Shown here: piece by piece, positions 48,271 through 59,483 of the stretch
Position numbering within the stretch: position 1 is the stretch's first letter
Layout: every line of letters starts with the position of its first letter
Assembly (NCBI RefSeq): GCF_006345805.1
Contig: NC_043016.1
Span: forward strand, 6,262,001 to 6,326,000
Direction of reading: 5' to 3'
Length of the DNA stretch: 64,000 bases
Source: Octopus sinensis
Taxonomy: Eukaryota
Position numbers and translations under genes: made by a program
The notes under the pieces: generated by a model
Told to the model about the DNA's origin: nothing
Database searches by the model: none
What the model saw: the letters and a program-made list of their open reading frames with translations, nothing else

Positions 48271-48627
48271 CTTACGTCCACTTTTTCCTACTGGGCATGG
48301 GGGTTGGACGAGTCTTTTCCAACTAAGAATCCCATGACTTGTGTTCATTTGTCATCACTTTTCTGAGATTTGTCTTCCAGAGTTTGAGCTTCATCAATTC
48401 TATCCTTGTCATCTTTGGTCTTCCTCTTCCATCCAATTCTTCCACATTAATCTCTTGGCATTTTTTAACCCACCAACCATCAGTCTTATATGGATTGTTA
48501 TCAAAAGAGTTATATTGGTTGGCCTGAGGCTATAGAAGACACTTACCCAAGGTTCCATGCAGTGAGACTGAAACTGAAACCATGTGGTTGAGAAGCAAGT
48601 TTCTGACAAAATCATCCTCCTCATCCT

Positions 48628-48902
48628 CATCATCATCATCGTTTAACATCCGCCTTCCATGCTAGCATGGGTTGGACGATTTTGACTGAGGGCTGGCAAA
48701 CCAGATGGCTGCACCAGGCTCCAATCTTGATCTGGCAGAGTTTCTACAGCTGGATGACCTTCCTAGCACCAACCACTCTGAGAGTGTAGTGGGTGCTTTT
48801 TATGTGCCAGTCAGGCGATACTGGCAATGATCTCGCTCGAATCTTTTTACACATGCCACCAGCACAGGTGCCAATTAGGCGATGTTGGTAACAATCATGC
48901 TC
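48628..48902 (-). mobile_element. RTE 3'-UTR copy with (TGA)n tail
   Basis: Conserved motifs are present. Confidence 0.9.
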
Positions 48903-49359
48903 AACACAACCACAAAATTTAATATAGGTTTGTGATAGAATCAGATGGAATGGTAGTTGCTGTTTGGAATGAGTAAAGTGTTTTGACATATAATAATAAT
49001 AACAGAAGGTTAACTATTGACAGTTTAAAATATATTACTTTTGCATAATGGAACTGGAAGTGGTCGTCTTCGGTAGACTGTTATTGAAAGGGTTAATTAA
49101 GTTGGCTTTTGGAATATCACAAAATGTAATTATAATAGGTTTTGATTCAAATGGGGACATTTTAAAACAGCTTTTTAAAAGGTGTGGTTGTCACAGTTGG
49201 ATTGCTATCAGAAGAATTAAGTAATTTTCATCTTTCATTGTTCTTGGGTAGCCCTGGCCAGCCCAGATGTATACATATTATGTTTCATATGCTTGTTTTA
49301 ATTGGTATTGGATATTCAGGCAATATTAGGAGATATACCCCTTTATGATATCTTGTTGA

Positions 49360-50246
49360 AACAAAACTCTGGAAGAAAGCCAAAACTTTCATATAGGGAC
49401 CATCGGACTCTTACATGAATTGTTAGAAAGGATCACAAAAGTACAGCTCCCAAAATTACTGTAGAGCTTAATGACCACCTCGAGAACCCAGTTTCCACAA
49501 AAACTGTTCACCAGGAGCTGCACAAAGCCAGATTTCACTGCAAGAAAAAAACCACTACTTTCAAAAGCAAACATTGCAAATCGTTTAGAATGGAGGGAAA
49601 AACCAACAGAATTGGTCCCTAGAAAAGTGGAAGAATGTTAATTTCTTAGACAAGTCATCTTTTACCTTATTTCCAACCACCAACCAAGTATACATGTGGA
49701 GACAGCCAAAAGAAGCATTTATCCAGACTGCCTTCTTCCAAATGGAGGAATATCTGTGATGGTTTTGGGGGGTGACTATATCTTGGAAATCTGCTGGTCC
49801 AATGGTTTCCCATCATGGCAGAATTAATAGTCAAGACTGTTTAAGCATTTTATCTGATCAAATTTATCCTGTGGTTGTGGAACTGTTTCCAGAGGGAAAC
49901 GCAATCTTTCAGGATGATAATGCACCAATTCACACAGATAAATTTGTTACTGAATGGCACAAGGAACATTCTAGTGAAGTTGAACATCTTATCTGGTCAC
50001 CACAGTCCCCAGATTTCAATATTATTGAACATTTATGGTGCATTTTAGAAAAACAAGTTAGGAGTCAATATCCTCCACCATCATCACTACAAGAACTGGA
50101 GACTGTTTTAGCTGAAGAATGGACAAAAGTTCCTTTGAAAACAATTCAAACTTTGTACGAGTCCATACCTTGTAAGTCCTACCTCATATTAAAATAAATT
50201 CGTTTGAAATTTCAAGGTGTTTCCATTATTTTGTCCAACCCTTGTA
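49360..50246 (+). mobile_element. Tc1-like transposon, 5'-truncated, with D-36-E catalytic spacing
   Basis: ORF 49772..50197 has FQDDNAPIH...WSPQSPDFNIIEHLW, with D at 49916-49918 and E at 50027-50029. An HTH-region remnant lies upstream. The right end is CCAACCCTTG-TA at about 50246. Confidence 0.9.
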
Positions 50247-50799
50247 CATGTACATACACACACACACATGTATATATAAATATAAGAATCGGCCTTTTTC
50301 AGTTTTTGTCCAAATCCACTCACAAGGCTTTTGTCTGTCTGGAGCTTTAAAAGAAGACACTTGCCCAAGGTGCTATGCTGTGGGACTGAACCCAAAACTA
50401 CCTGGTTCTGAAGCAAACTTTTTGGCCTACTATTCAACTCTGTTTAACACCAACTGTTGGTACTTAGATGATTATAAACAGAATTCAACACACAACAATA
50501 ACAACAGAATGTGTTTTAAAGTGATTTTTCCAATAAAAGCAGGTCTTAGCCATGTGGGCCCCATGATATTCTTGTAATCATACTCAGTAAATTACCTTTT
50601 TTAAGGTGATGTTTCATGGCTGCTCCCCCTTTTTGCCACTGAACCCTTTATCCCTTTTGCTATCATACTAGGCATTGCAAAAGTCCTGTTATACTCAGTT
50701 TTGATCTTTCGAAAGGTTAATGTGTGTGATAGAAAAAGTGCTGTCAAGCATATTTAAAGTTCTACTTTTCCAGCACATATAATTAAAATGTCTTTTACA

Positions 50800-51545
50800 T
50801 TGTGTACAGGTGTATCGAGATGGAAGCAATAAGAATCAAGACTTCTGCTCTCCTGTATGTGGGCCACAACAAGTCTGACTTCACCAAAAATTGCAGAGCG
50901 GCTCAAGAATGGAAAAATACCACAAAGATCGACCTCAATCAGGCAAACCTCAAGTTGTCAACCATTTGGCCATGAGTAAGACCTTCAAAATGATCCAAAG
51001 CTGAAAATAACTGCTCTTGGGAAGAACAACATCTCAGTGGCCATGATGTCCAAGGTTGTCATGTCAAGGAGGAGGGCAGCAAGTGCCTAAGGTGTATGGA
51101 AAGGCCTCTGCTCACCGACCATACGTTAAAACAGTGTTGGGAACACTGTAGTTGCCTTCTCAATGACTTGAAGTGTCATGGCAATCAAATTCTCATTTTT
51201 TCTGATGAAAAATCGTTCATGGTCAATCTGGTCATCAGCAAGCAGAACAACTGTGTGATCAATTTCAGCCAGAATATCTCCAAGGTCCACTACATGTCCA
51301 CAATCAAGCACCCTGGCTTCAAATGGCAAGATGCCCTGGTGTGGTTCATGGTCAGTTACAGGATCACTGCAGCCAATTGCAGGGATATCTTGGCCATGAA
51401 AGTCCTACCCTGGGTGAGAAAGATCATAAAGAAGTTGGACTATGTCTTTCAGCAGGACAGTGCCTCAGCCCACTTGGCTAAGGCCATGCAAGAGTGGTTA
51501 GGGTTAAACATGAACTTCTGGTTGAAGGACTTTTGGTTGCCGCAG
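50800..51545 (+). mobile_element. maT/DD37D-like transposase fragment, 3'-truncated
   Basis: IFSDEK.F.V...KQNN...KHP...VLPWV...YVFQQDSASAH...QEWL. It is truncated at W.PQS by another repeat. Confidence 0.8.
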
Positions 51546-51656
51546 TCACTGAGTTCGATTCCAGGCAGTGACCTGAATAATAATAATAACAACAACAACA
51601 ACAACAACAACAACATCGAAAATACCTCAGGAATGAGAACCCAAGTTTGAAATTTC

Positions 51657-51696
51657 CTGATGAATGCTGGAGTGTATAACAGCCGAAACATTGTGT
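51657..51696 (+). ncRNA. Degenerate minimal hammerhead-like motif (zero-loop stem III type)
   Basis: CTGATGA-A-TGCTG-GAGTGTATAA-CAGCC-GAAAC-ATT-GTGT. Confidence 0.45.
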
Positions 51697-52599
51697 TAAC
51701 AGCAAACAAGATGAGGACAAATATCAGTCAAATGTAAATAATGTACATATTTATATGTTAAAACAATAAAAACATGTCTTACTACATCAAAACTATCGTT
51801 GTGTCCTTTGTTGAGAGCGTCAAAATAAGTGTAACAGGACTTTTGCAAAGCTCAGTAATTCTGTTGAAATCCACTGCTTTTGTTTCAATTTATTTTGAAA
51901 ATAATGAAGAATTTAATAAAGTAACTTTGTCATAATTAATCCAGTGTTTTCCAGCTTTATGTCCTGAGTTAAAATGTCACCAAGATCAACTTTGCTTTTC
52001 ATCCTTTCAGAGTATGGTAAAATAATTGCCAGTTGAGAACTGGGATCAACATAATTGACTTAAACCCTCCCCCCAAAATTTCTGGCCTTGTGCTTGTACA
52101 AGAAAGAACTACTAAGCATGTGTTTGGAACATAAATTAACACGAAATTTTGACAGAAGAATTTTTAACTTTAATTAAGTTTGCTTCACAGAACCAGGTCA
52201 CAGGCAGGTTGGTATCAAGAGTATTGATTACCCCTCGACACACACACGTATAGGTGTACTTACACTAAAACCAATTAACTTTAACAAAGTTCATAATGTT
52301 ACAAACATTCAAACCAGACTCTCTCCAATTCCTTTCATACCTACCTTTTTCCTGCAGACATTAAACTCCAGATGTATAGGCCAGGCTGGCTATTGATTTC
52401 ACCATATGGGTACTATCACTCATCCTGGAATAGTTATTATCTAAAACTAAAGCACAAATTAAAATATCTGTCGTCTTATTGACTAATATTTGAAATAACT
52501 CCCTCTTCCTTATTCATGTTTAATATTTTATGAGATATTTATCAATGCTGTTTGCAATAAGCATATTACCTTTACGTAATCATCATTGACCTCTTTTAT

Positions 52600-52950
52600 A
52601 TGCTTTTTGCAGTGTGTTGATAATACTACACCAAAAGCCTTCCTGATTAAGTGTGAGTTCTGTCACCAGGTGAAGCCATATCGTTACTTTATTCTGAATT
52701 TCTCTTTAGTATCTTCATGGTGAGGATATTGGGTGTTTTGCCATTTCTTTCCCCAACTGGATGGCTGTTGGCCTTCAAGGAGCTCATCTACCTTTTGACA
52801 GATTTTGTTTTTAGTCTTCCTGGATGTCCAGACACCCACCACGTGGGAGATCCTGTTTAGTTTCTGACCACTTGACAATGGAACAAGTAGCACTATTTAC
52901 ATGGTACCAGTGGCAGGTCTCATCAACATATGAGGAAATCCCTAATCTGA
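52600..52950 (-). mobile_element. Highly decayed RTE-type LINE 3' remnant
   Basis: The minus strand gives a W...GHPGRLK stretch and a DR-containing C-terminal stretch with many stops. Confidence 0.3.
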
Positions 52951-53968
52951 CCATATATGTTGTAGTTATGAAGATTATTCATAATCATCATCAATCTCTG
53001 GTCAATTCTGTCTTGAATTCTAAGACACATAATGACAGTTTCCCATTTCCAAGGCATTAAAGCAATTGAGATCACAACATCCCCTCTGAACAGGATACTA
53101 ATTCGTTACATAATTATTTGTTTCCAGCTGAGTAGATTGGAGCAATGTGAAATGTTCTTCCTGTTTCAATGTGAAGTATCATTCCCACATGGTTGATTAG
53201 GTCTCCACAAAAGATTGGAACCAAATAAACTTTTATGAAGGTGACACTCGTTTACAACTAGCGCGTGATGTCCAGACAAGTAGACACAAACACACAATTC
53301 TCTCTGTCTGTTCGTCTATGTTTATCTATCTGTCTGCTTATCTGTTCATCCATCCAATCAATATTTATACTTTTCTATCACTGCTACAGTGGCCACACTT
53401 TGGAGATTGCTAGTGTATGTGTATGTGCGTGCCTCCTTGTGCTGACATTAAGTATATCTGTGTGTGTGTGTGTCTTTGTGTCTGTGTTTGTCTCTCCTCA
53501 TCACTTGACAACCAGTGTTAGTGTGCTTACATCCATATAACTTAGCAGTCCGGCAAAAGAGACTGATATAGTAAGTACCTGGCTTTAAAGAAAAACATTA
53601 CTGGAGTCATTTCCTTCAATTAAAAGCATGCAAGGTGGTGCCCCAGCAGGGCCAGAGTCTAATGACTGAAGCAAGTAAAAGATCCATTCTCTGATGACAT
53701 GCTCATACAAATTTGTTTGGATAGTTGAATGTTCTTATAAATCTTTCATCATGAGGTTATAAATAAATTACTTTAAAATATATGACTCAACATCATAAAA
53801 GTGTTGGTCAGAAAAAAAATGCCATTGTAATGGTGATATATATATTGTTACAGTAATAACTTTCACAATGGAAATATGTTCTCTGGTGATATATTAAAGT
53901 ACTTAACAAAGATCTTTTACAACCTTCTTAAATAAAGGAGTTGAATTGGGGGAAATAAAACAAGTTAT

Positions 53969-54263
53969 CATCATCATCGTCATCATCATTATCATTTAAC
54001 GTCTGCTTTCCATGCTAGCATGGGTTGGACGATTTTGACTGAGGGCTGGTGAACCACATGGTTGCACTAGGCTCCAATCTTGATCTGGCAGAGTTTCTAC
54101 AGCTGGATGCCCTTCCTAACGCCAACCACTCTGAGAGTGTAGTGGTGCTTTTTACGTGCCACCAGTATGGGGACCAATCAGGCAGTACTGGCAATGACCT
54201 CGCTTGAATCTTTTTGCATGTGCCATTGGCACAGGTGCCAGTGAAGCAACGTTGGTAACGATC
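53969..54263 (-). mobile_element. RTE 3'-UTR copy with (TGA)n tail
   Basis: Conserved motifs are present. Confidence 0.9.
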
Positions 54264-54568
54264 GAAATATATATAACATAGTGCCCTTATAACTAAGAAA
54301 TCTATTTACACTTTACTTGTTTAAGGTACATGATCCCTGATTTCAAATCTTGTCAAGGACAAGTTTGATATTTATTCTAACAAAGCTTTGGTCAGCTCAG
54401 TGCTATAGCAGAAGACACCCACCCATGGTGCCACGTGGTGGGACTGAACTCAAAATTATGTGATTGGGAAACAAACTTTGTAATAAAATAGTCACACCTT
54501 GACCTTTGTGTGTGCATATATATATATAAACACACACACACACACATATCCGCACATTTATATACACA

Positions 54569-54679
54569 CATCCAGCCGTAGAAACATTGCCAGATCAGAC
54601 TGGGCCTGGTGCAGCCTTCCGGCCTCCCAGACCCCAGTTGAACCATCCAACCCATGCTAGCATGGAAAGCAGATGCTAA

Positions 54680-54710
<31 letters not shown>

Positions 54711-54717
54711 CGATGAT
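54569..54717 (+). mobile_element. Short RTE 3'-UTR copy with (TGA)n tail
   Basis: CATCCAGCCGTAGAAAC...CCATGCTAGCATGG...(TGA)n. Confidence 0.9.
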
Positions 54718-55574
54718 ACATTTAATTGTACAAATGAAGGAAAACAGAACTCAACATGTTTGTATAGATTTCACATTTCTTAGTGAGCAGTTGTGGACTT
54801 TAAAGTACCTTACAGTTTCATACACTGTATACATGATAAGCTTTATTGCAAGTAATTGAATGATTAAGCTGATTAAGTATGTTTTATATGTCAATGAAAC
54901 TTCAAATAATGTATGCTTAAGCCAGCTGTTCCCTTATGAATATTTTGTGTGTGTTTGAACACACACATTTATATATTGATATAAATGTACATGCTTATAA
55001 GTAAACACACACACACACACACTTTGTTTCTATATCTTTGTTTTGTATCTGCTAACATTTTTCAACCAATCAGAAGTGTCAGCCCAGCCCTTCTTGGCCC
55101 TGCTCTTAGTGTGACTCATCTTTCTTCTGGCTGCTTTGGGCAGCAACAAACTATTACAAAACACCAGCTTTGTTACAACCAATCCTACTTGCATTCTAAC
55201 AACATTATTTGTGGTCATGGCTATAATGACCCATTTGGCCTTTCATTTCCTTCAGACACCTAGCAACATATATAACTCTAAGTATTCCTATTCTGCGTCA
55301 GAGGAAGAATAACAGCCTTTCTTCTCAGCTACCTTCAATACAAAGCACAAGATAAAGTTTAATTAACTTTCTAGTACTTTATATACAGGGACACTTGAAT
55401 GTTTCCTTTACTAGTATATGCACATTGGCTTCAACTGTATATTCATAACCAGAGCTATTGCAGAAGAAGACACTCATAGTGCCATGTAGAACTGTGATCA
55501 AAACCATATGGTTGAGAAGCAAACTTCTTAACAACCCACCCACACTTCTGCTTTAGTACTATTCAAAATATATA

Positions 55575-58500
55575 TCATCATCATCATCATCATCATCATT
55601 TAGCGTCCGTTTTCCATGCTAGCATGGTTGGACGGTTCAACTGGGGTCTGGGGAGCCCGAAGGCTGCACCAGGCCAGTCAGATCTGGCAGTGTTTCTACA
55701 GCTGGATGCCCTTCCTAACGCCAACCACTCCGAGAGTGTAGTGGGTGATTTTATGTGCCACCGACACAGGTGCCAGACGAGGCTGGCGAACGGCCACGCT
55801 CGGATGGTGTTTTTATGTGCCACCGACACAGGCAGGTGCCAGACGAGGCTGGCAGACGGCCACGCTCGGATGGTGTTTTTATGTGCCACCGACACAGGTG
55901 CCAGATGAGGCTGGCGACGGCCACGATCGGATGGTGTTTGTTACGTCCCCAAGCACGGAGGCCAGTCTATGCGGTACTGGCTACGGCCACGTTCGGATGA
56001 TTTTCTTGTGTGCCACCGGCACTGGTACCACAAAGATACAAATTCCATTTATGTTCATCTATTTTGATTTGTTTTGATTTGATTTGATTTGATTTGATTT
56101 GATTTTCACTTGCCTCAACAGGTCTTCACAAGTGTCACAAGAAGGAAGGTATGCATAGGTGGACTGTCTACGTCGCCGGGTCTTCGGATGGTGTCTTTAT
56201 GTGCCACCGACACAGGTGCCAGATGTGGCTGGCGAACGGCCACGATCGGATGGTTTTCCTGTGTGCCACCGGTACTGGAACCACAAAGATACAAATTCCA
56301 TTGATGTTCATCTATTTTGATTTGGTTTGATTTCACTTGCCTCAACAGGTCTTCACAAGTGTCACGCGTGTCACACACTTGCCTCACAGGTCTCCACAAG
56401 TGTCACACACTTGCCTCTGCCTCAACAGGTCTTCACAAAGTGTCACACACTTGCCTCTGCCTCAACAGGTCTTCACAAGTGTCATAAGAGGGAAGTAAGC
56501 ACAGGTGGACTGACTACGTCGCCGGGTCTTTGGATGGTGGTGGTGTTTTTATGTGCCACCGACACAGGTGCCAGGTGAGGCTGGCGAACGGCCACGATCA
56601 GATGGTGTTTGTTGTGCCCACAGCACGGAGGCCAGTCGACGGCCACGTTCGAATGGTTTTCTTGTGTGCCACCGGTACTGGAACCACAAAGATACAAATT
56701 CCATTGATATTCATCTATTTTGATTTGGTTTGATTTGATTTTCACTTGCCTCAACAGGTCTCCACAAGTGTCACACACTTGCCTCTGCCTCAACAGGTCT
56801 TCACAAGTGTCACACACTTGCCTCAACAGGTCTTCACAAGTGTCATAAGAGGGAAGGTATGCACAGGTGGACTGACTACGTCGCCGGGTCTTCGGATGGT
56901 GTCTTTATGTGCCACCGGCACAGGTGCCAGATGAGGCTGGCGAACGGCCACGATCGGATGGTGTGTGTTGTGCCCACAGCACGGAGGCCAGTCGATGCGG
57001 TACTGGTTACGGCCACGTTTGGGTGGTTTTCTTGTGTGCCACCGGCACTGGTACCACGAAGAATACAATTCCACTGATGTTCATCTATTTTGATTTGTTT
57101 TGATTTGATTTGATTTTCACTTGCCTCAACAGGTCTTCATAAGTGTCACAAGAAGGAAGGTATGCACAGGACTGACTACGTCCCCGGTCGGGGCCACGGG
57201 TTATGGCCTGACTAGTCTTGCCGGGTCTTCTCATGCACAGCATACTTCCATAGGTCTCGGTCTCTAGACATTTCCTTAGTGAGACCTAAAGTTCGAAGGT
57301 CGTGCTTCACCACCTCGTCCCAGGTTTTCCTGGGTCTACCTCTTCCACAGGTTCCCTCCACTGCTAGGTGTAGCACTTTTGCACACAACTATCTTCAGCC
57401 TTTCTTGTCACATGACCATACCAGCGCAGCCGTCTCTCTTGCACGCCACAACTGACGCTTCTTAGGTTCAACTTTTCTCTCAAGGAACTTACACTCTGAC
57501 GATTATGAACACTGACATTACACATCCATCGGAGCATACTGGCTTCATTTCTTGCGAGCTTACGCATATCCTCAGCAGTCACGGCCCATGTTTCACTACC
57601 ATGTAGCATGGCTGTACGTACACATGCATCATACAGTCTGCCTTTTACTCTGAGCGAGAGGCCTTTTGTCACCAGCAGGGGTAAGAGCTCTCTAAACTTT
57701 GCCCAGGCTATTCTTACTCTAGCAGTTACACTTTCAGCACACACCCCCCCGCTACTGACTTGGTCTCCTAGGTAGCGGAAGCTATCAACTACTTCTAGTT
57801 TGTCTCCCTGGAACGTGGCAGAAGTTGGTCTCTGCATATTTCCAGTGTTTATTGCTCCTGAGCATTTGCCACAGACAAAAACTATTTTCCTAGTTAGCCT
57901 TCCTTTGACATTGCTGCACCTCTTATGTGTCCATAGCTTACACTTGGTGCATCTTATAGAGTTTCTACCTACACCTTTTTTACAGATCGAGCAGGGCCAT
58001 CTACCTGAAGGCGTTTGTGATTGATCTACCTTCCCACTTATTAGAACTTTGTTTTGGCTAGTTGATTCTAAGGCCCTTCGATTCTAATCCTTGTTTCCAC
58101 ACCTGAAACTTCTCCTCCAGTTCTGATAGTGACTCAGCAATTAGAGCAAGGTCATCAGCATAGAGGAGCTCCCAGGGGCAACCTGTCTTGAATTCCTCCG
58201 TTATTGCCTGGAGGACTATGATAAATAGGAGGGGACTGAGGACTGAACCTTGGTGGACCCCAACCTCTACCCGGAATTCTTCACTGTACTCGTTGCCAAC
58301 CCTCACCTTACTAGCAGCGTCTCTGTACATGGCTTGAACAGCTCTCACCAACCATTCTTCTATCCCTAGTTTCCTCATTGACCACCAGATAAGGGACCGG
58401 GGGACCCTGTCAAAGGCTTTCTCCAAGTCAACAAAAGCCAGGTACAAGGGCTTATCTTTGGCTAGGTATTTCTCCTGCAGCTGTCTTACCAGGAATATAG

Positions 58501-58642
58501 CATCAGTAGTACTTTTCCCTGGCACGAACCCAAACTGCATATCATCTAAGGTAACTCTCTCTCTAATTAGTTGGGCTACAACCCTCTCCGTAACCTTCAT
58601 TACCTGATCCAGCAGCTTGATGCCCCTGTAGTTATTTGTCTA
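55575..58642 (-). mobile_element. Youngest RTE LINE copy: RT, PHD finger, C-terminal domain and an expanded 1.6-kb 3' UTR
   Basis: ORF 58058..58600 has all central RT motifs (FVDLEKAFD, GVHQGSVLSP, LLYADD). The reading frame continues through 57364..57837 to a stop at 57212-57214. The UTR ends in (CAT)n at 55575. Confidence 0.95.
55753..57190. repeat. Higher-order tandem array inside the LINE 3' UTR
   Basis: The marker GATACAAATTCCAT...CATCTATTTTGATT recurs at about 56035, 56288, 56691 and 57061. A 30-36-nt subrepeat CACTTGCCTCAACAGGTCTTCACAAGTGTCA is present 1, 4, 3 and 1 times. A unit of about 60 nt occurs three times at 55753-55935. Confidence 0.92.
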
Positions 58643-58832
58643 TCATCATCATCATCATTTAACGTCCGTTTTCCATGCTAGCATGGGTTGGACGGTTCGA
58701 CCAGGGTCTGGGAAGCCAGAAGGCTGCACCAGGCTCTAGTCTGATCTGGCAGTGTTTCTACAGCTGGATGCCCTTCCTAATGCCAACCAATCCGTGAGTG
58801 TAGTGGGTGCTTTTTACATGCCACCGGCACAG
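58643..58832 (-). mobile_element. RTE 3'-UTR copy whose tail abuts the 5' truncation point of the young LINE
   Basis: The junction reads GTTATTTGTCTA|TCATCATCATCATCATTTAACG. Confidence 0.9.
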
Positions 58833-58957
58833 GGATCACATACACACACATATATATATATATATATAGTTGAAATTTATACAAAAACAAAAGACAAAGA
58901 CAGGTGTATGAACAACAAACAGGTGTATTAGTTTGATGCTTGGGAAAATGAAGAAGT

Positions 58958-58993
58958 CTTTTACGTTTCAAGCCTATGCTCTTCAACAGAAAG
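58958..58993 (-). ncRNA. Well-formed minimal type-I hammerhead-like motif with a CUGUUGA core variant
   Basis: The minus strand reads CTTT-CTGTTGA-A-GAGC-ATAG-GCTT-GAAAC-GTA-AAAG. Stems I and II pair, and stem III is the self-complementary ACGU. Confidence 0.55.
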
Positions 58994-59483
58994 GAATAAG
59001 AGAAAATAAACAGAGAGGAAATGAAAAAAAATCTTGTAGCTTTAGCAGTCAGGCATGACAAATGATTAGAAAAAGAAGTTTGAAAGAAGAGACTGAAAGA
59101 AAGGGAGATAATAAAATGCTGGTGATCCCAAATGAAGGTGTGAAGGTGTGTGTGCATGTGTGTATGTATGTGAGAATGGTGTGTGTGTGTGTGAATGTGT
59201 AAGTATGTGTGAATAGGGGCTAGTGAGTCTGATGTGTGTGATTGTGTGCGTGAGTGAGTTTGTGCGTCTGTAACTTGTGTGTGTGTTGTGTAGCAGTTGA
59301 GGTGTGCTTTTTGATGTAGTATGTGTATGTGTGTGTGTGTGTCTGTAACCAAACAGTGTGCATGTGTATGATGTATATATGTGGGCATAAGTTAACATTG
59401 TCCATGTATGTAGCATGTGTTAATATGTGTTGCATGTGTATATATATATATAACATGTGTTCAGGTATTACATGCTTGTGTGA

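Noticed and set aside
48019-48348. Lys/Arg-rich protamine-like ORF
   Set aside because: It comes from the complement of a (CCT)/(CTT) tract.
51545-51572. 7-bp hairpin with a GTTCGATTCC (T-loop-like) loop
   Set aside because: The left arm overlaps transposase codons (PQS) at an insertion junction, so the pairing may be fortuitous.
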